A stretch of DNA of 47,348 nt, from positions 1-47,348 of IMG/VR virus record IMGVR_UViG_3300043171_000157. One strand, given 5' to 3'. The DNA comes from a virus (lineage: Duplodnaviria; Caudoviricetes). A program made the translations under genes and the position numbers. The stretch's first letter is position 1, and every line of letters begins with the position of its first letter. Under the pieces are notes generated by a model. The model was given only the letters and a program-made list of their open reading frames with translations, was not told where the DNA came from and ran no database searches. Below are positions 45,081-47,348 of this stretch, in pieces.

Positions 45081-47063
45081 TTAAACTATATCTGAGGGTG
45101 ACTGATTGTTTGCAGCACTCTCTCCACTGGCAACGCCTTGTGGTAAATTTCCTTGTCCTTCGCCATTAGCGGCTTCGGCTGGGCCAGCAGGCCCTTCTTG
45201 CCCGATTTGACCTGCTTGTTGTATAACTTGCATTACCTGAGCATCCTGTCCCTTCATTTGTACTATTTGATGCTGCAACCACATTTCACCGAGCTCTTTA
45301 GCTCTTACTTGTTTCTGCTCGGGAATGTCGGTATATGGTATTTGCTCTATTTCAAAAAATGTTTGCATTAGTGGGTTTGTGCTGGCTTTTGAAAGCTCAG
45401 AAAACCGTGTAAGTGTCTCTCTTTTCTTCTTAACACCACTGGTAGACTCTCTAACCATTACGTTCTGTCTACTCATGTCTCTAATAGAATTAAGGATTGA
45501 GCCGTCTGGCATTGGCTGGTTAATGGCTACTATTTTATTCTTTTTAGAATTTTTAAATATTCTAGGTATTTCATCTGAATATTGTTGTTTCGTTAAAAAG
45601 AAGTACGCTGTTCCATGGTCTCCGGTTACGCGCTTTAAGCCAATATGTAGAGTTCTTAGTGGGCCGAAACCTAAATCAGCCTTTAATTGTAACGCTGATG
45701 CAGCCTCTCTACCGCCCGCAGACTGCCCCTTCTGCGCTTGGTTAAGGCCAAGCCCTTGAATGAACTCCACGGCTCTCTGTGTCTGATTAATAAGGTCTTG
45801 TGGGTATTCACCGCGCTGCACAGGCATTTGTCCTTTACCAGTGGCAAGAACATCTCCGTCAACTTCAAATGGATCCGCACCGGGTCTATTGCGCTCGCGT
45901 ATGTATCTCTCTTTCTCTGCATCATCAGAGAATAGATCCTCTGCGATAAATTCGGTTCCATTAGCCGATGTCAAACTGTGAAAATCAGCCAGCGATTCCC
46001 GCTTATTAGCAGCAACCTGTGCATCAACCATAGAGTCAACAACACCTTGTAACTGCCCATGAATATTTTTAGCGCTCCAACGCTCAAAAGGAAGCCTTCC
46101 TATTTGTACTGGGTGCTCACCATTAACAAGTACAAACTTGTTAGATATTCCCGGTGCAAACGTAAAAACCTTACATACATTGAAATCGTCTTTCTTCATA
46201 GAGAAAGAACTGCCGGGAAGGCGCATCATTGATTCCATTAATTTGGTATTTTGTACATTCTCAAACTTTTGAGTTCTATCGTTAAAAAGCCTTGTAGCTG
46301 AAACAACTTGCATGTAAACGCATTCTATTACCTTAAATCTTGATTCTAACGCATCATAGTATAGGTCGTCGTTTCTATCATCGAGCTTATCTCTATCAAA
46401 GTCAGAGTTCACAGAAGGCCCTGTTTCTTCGTCTCTAACCATATACGCGTTCATATCCGCAGAACTTATCTCGTATTTCTCAGAGATGTCACGAGCAGAC
46501 ATCCAAGTAAACTTAAACATCTTTCTACAATGCTCAATTTTACCATCTTGGTTCTTTGGGTCAAATATTACTGTAGTTGGGTTAATGTTTCTGATGCCTA
46601 CATTTCCAAGTCTACTTCTACTGAAATCTTGGTAGTATTCCATTACGCCCTGATATATTAGGCCGTTTCTCTTAAATTCATGCCACTCGTTTTCCCAATT
46701 GCCAGCTTCAAAGTCATAATCATAGAGCTCTTGGAGCAGGTTAAATTCATCTACGCTCTGTGCGTTAATTGGGTCATAATACACTGCAAGAGGATTCTCT
46801 TCGAGTTCACCCAATATTTCATCGACAATTTTCTGTATATAATTAAACGTGTTAATAGGTCTGTTTTCTTCGATGTGAACTTCTACCGCTTCATCATCCC
46901 ATTGACCGAAATTAACACCTGAATACATTTTAAAGTTTCTTTCTTGTCTGTCGCGATCTGTTTCCGTCGCCTCTACAAACGCCTCGTATTCAGTCTGAAA
47001 ATAGGATTGGGCAACACCTTTGTCTTCTTTGGTAATAACACTCAAAAATGGTTTATTGCTCAT
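45081..47063 (-). CDS. Portal protein (P22-like)
   Basis: 660 aa; Y.G..QW, RPINTFNYI, VIFDP, GVVDSMVDAQ..NKR. Confidence 0.9.
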   Translation of the reverse strand: MSNKPFLSVITKEDKGVAQSYFQTEYEAFVEATETDRDRQERNFKMYSGVNFGQWDDEAVEVHIEENRPINTFNYIQKIVDEILGELEENPLAVYYDPINAQSVDEFNLLQELYDYDFEAGNWENEWHEFKRNGLIYQGVMEYYQDFSRSRLGNVGIRNINPTTVIFDPKNQDGKIEHCRKMFKFTWMSARDISEKYEISSADMNAYMVRDEETGPSVNSDFDRDKLDDRNDDLYYDALESRFKVIECVYMQVVSATRLFNDRTQKFENVQNTKLMESMMRLPGSSFSMKKDDFNVCKVFTFAPGISNKFVLVNGEHPVQIGRLPFERWSAKNIHGQLQGVVDSMVDAQVAANKRESLADFHSLTSANGTEFIAEDLFSDDAEKERYIRERNRPGADPFEVDGDVLATGKGQMPVQRGEYPQDLINQTQRAVEFIQGLGLNQAQKGQSAGGREAASALQLKADLGFGPLRTLHIGLKRVTGDHGTAYFFLTKQQYSDEIPRIFKNSKKNKIVAINQPMPDGSILNSIRDMSRQNVMVRESTSGVKKKRETLTRFSELSKASTNPLMQTFFEIEQIPYTDIPEQKQVRAKELGEMWLQHQIVQMKGQDAQVMQVIQQAGQIGQEGPAGPAEAANGEGQGNLPQGVASGESAANNQSPSDIV

Positions 47064-47214
47064 ATTTATCCCGATCAGTTAATTTCTTGTATTCTCCGCC
47101 TTTCGGCTTGTATCCTAAAATCTTTACTTCTTTACCAATACTTTTAGATAGAAACTCTTCTACCTGTAAAGTATTAAGGGGGCCTTCGCCCCCAATTAAT
47201 TCATACTCAACCAC
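47053..47214 (-). CDS. 53-aa hypothetical protein
   Basis: GTG start overlaps the upstream TAG; VVEYELIGGEGPLNTLQVEEFL...KYEQ*; fills the gap to the portal gene. Confidence 0.5.
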   Translation of the reverse strand: MVEYELIGGEGPLNTLQVEEFLSKSIGKEVKILGYKPKGGEYKKLTDRDKYEQ

Positions 47215-47221
47215 TATGTCG

Positions 47222-47348
47222 CGGTGAAGTAAGGTATTCTACCGGCTACGTTGTCAACTAAAATTTCCAAAAATCCAGCATCTTCACAAACTAATTCTTG
47301 TGCAGTTGTTGCATTATCTGTATACTTAGTCCAAGTAGCGTCTCCAGA
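47222..47348. repeat. 127-bp terminal direct repeat identical to 1-127 (circular contig overlap)
   Basis: Exact match cggtgaagta...tctccaga at both ends. An ORF reads through the junction, and 127 is a common assembler k-mer size. Confidence 0.95.

Noticed and set aside
31126-46922. Plus-strand ORFs antisense to structural genes, including the Gly-rich 36240-36788
   Set aside because: They are shadow frames of the minus-strand genes; the Gly repeats simply mirror the Pro codons.
852-47063. Stop-codon reassignment
   Set aside because: Core genes are intact in code 11, TAA, TAG and TGA all end tightly coupled genes, and there is no suppressor tRNA.
47222-47348. Biological terminal repeat
   Set aside because: It is exactly 127 bp and falls inside an ORF, so an assembler overlap explains it better.

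Overview
The window is a complete circularly permuted dsDNA phage genome of 47,221 bp. Bases 47222-47348 repeat bases 1-127 exactly, which looks like an assembly k-mer overlap. It is AT-rich and uses standard genetic code 11. Its organisation is podovirus-like: the minus strand carries terminase, P22-like portal, scaffold, major capsid, adaptor, nozzle with a LamG domain, tail proteins and four probable ejection proteins, with no tape measure. The plus strand carries a tRNA/ncRNA cluster, a long early region of small unknown ORFs, a 570-aa protein paired with an M28/M20-like peptidase, a DnaB-like helicase, a RecE-like exonuclease, a phosphoesterase, a dNTP diphosphohydrolase, Sak3, SSB, an HNH-like protein, an M15 endolysin and a DUF1064 nuclease. 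I recognise no integrase, repressor, DNA polymerase or primase. The most unusual layer is RNA. (1) A ~320-nt multi-domain structured RNA sits inside the tRNA cluster; one loop displays an anti-Shine-Dalgarno sequence next to the complement of a phage-specific RBS motif. (2) Four intergenic long hairpins share a conserved, covarying stem with an invariant C.A mismatch but enclose unrelated inserts. (3) An AGGTAGGT motif replaces the normal SD in about ten early genes. (4) Further structured RNAs and atypical tRNAs are present. All calls come from manual motif recognition and hand pairing; no searches were run.
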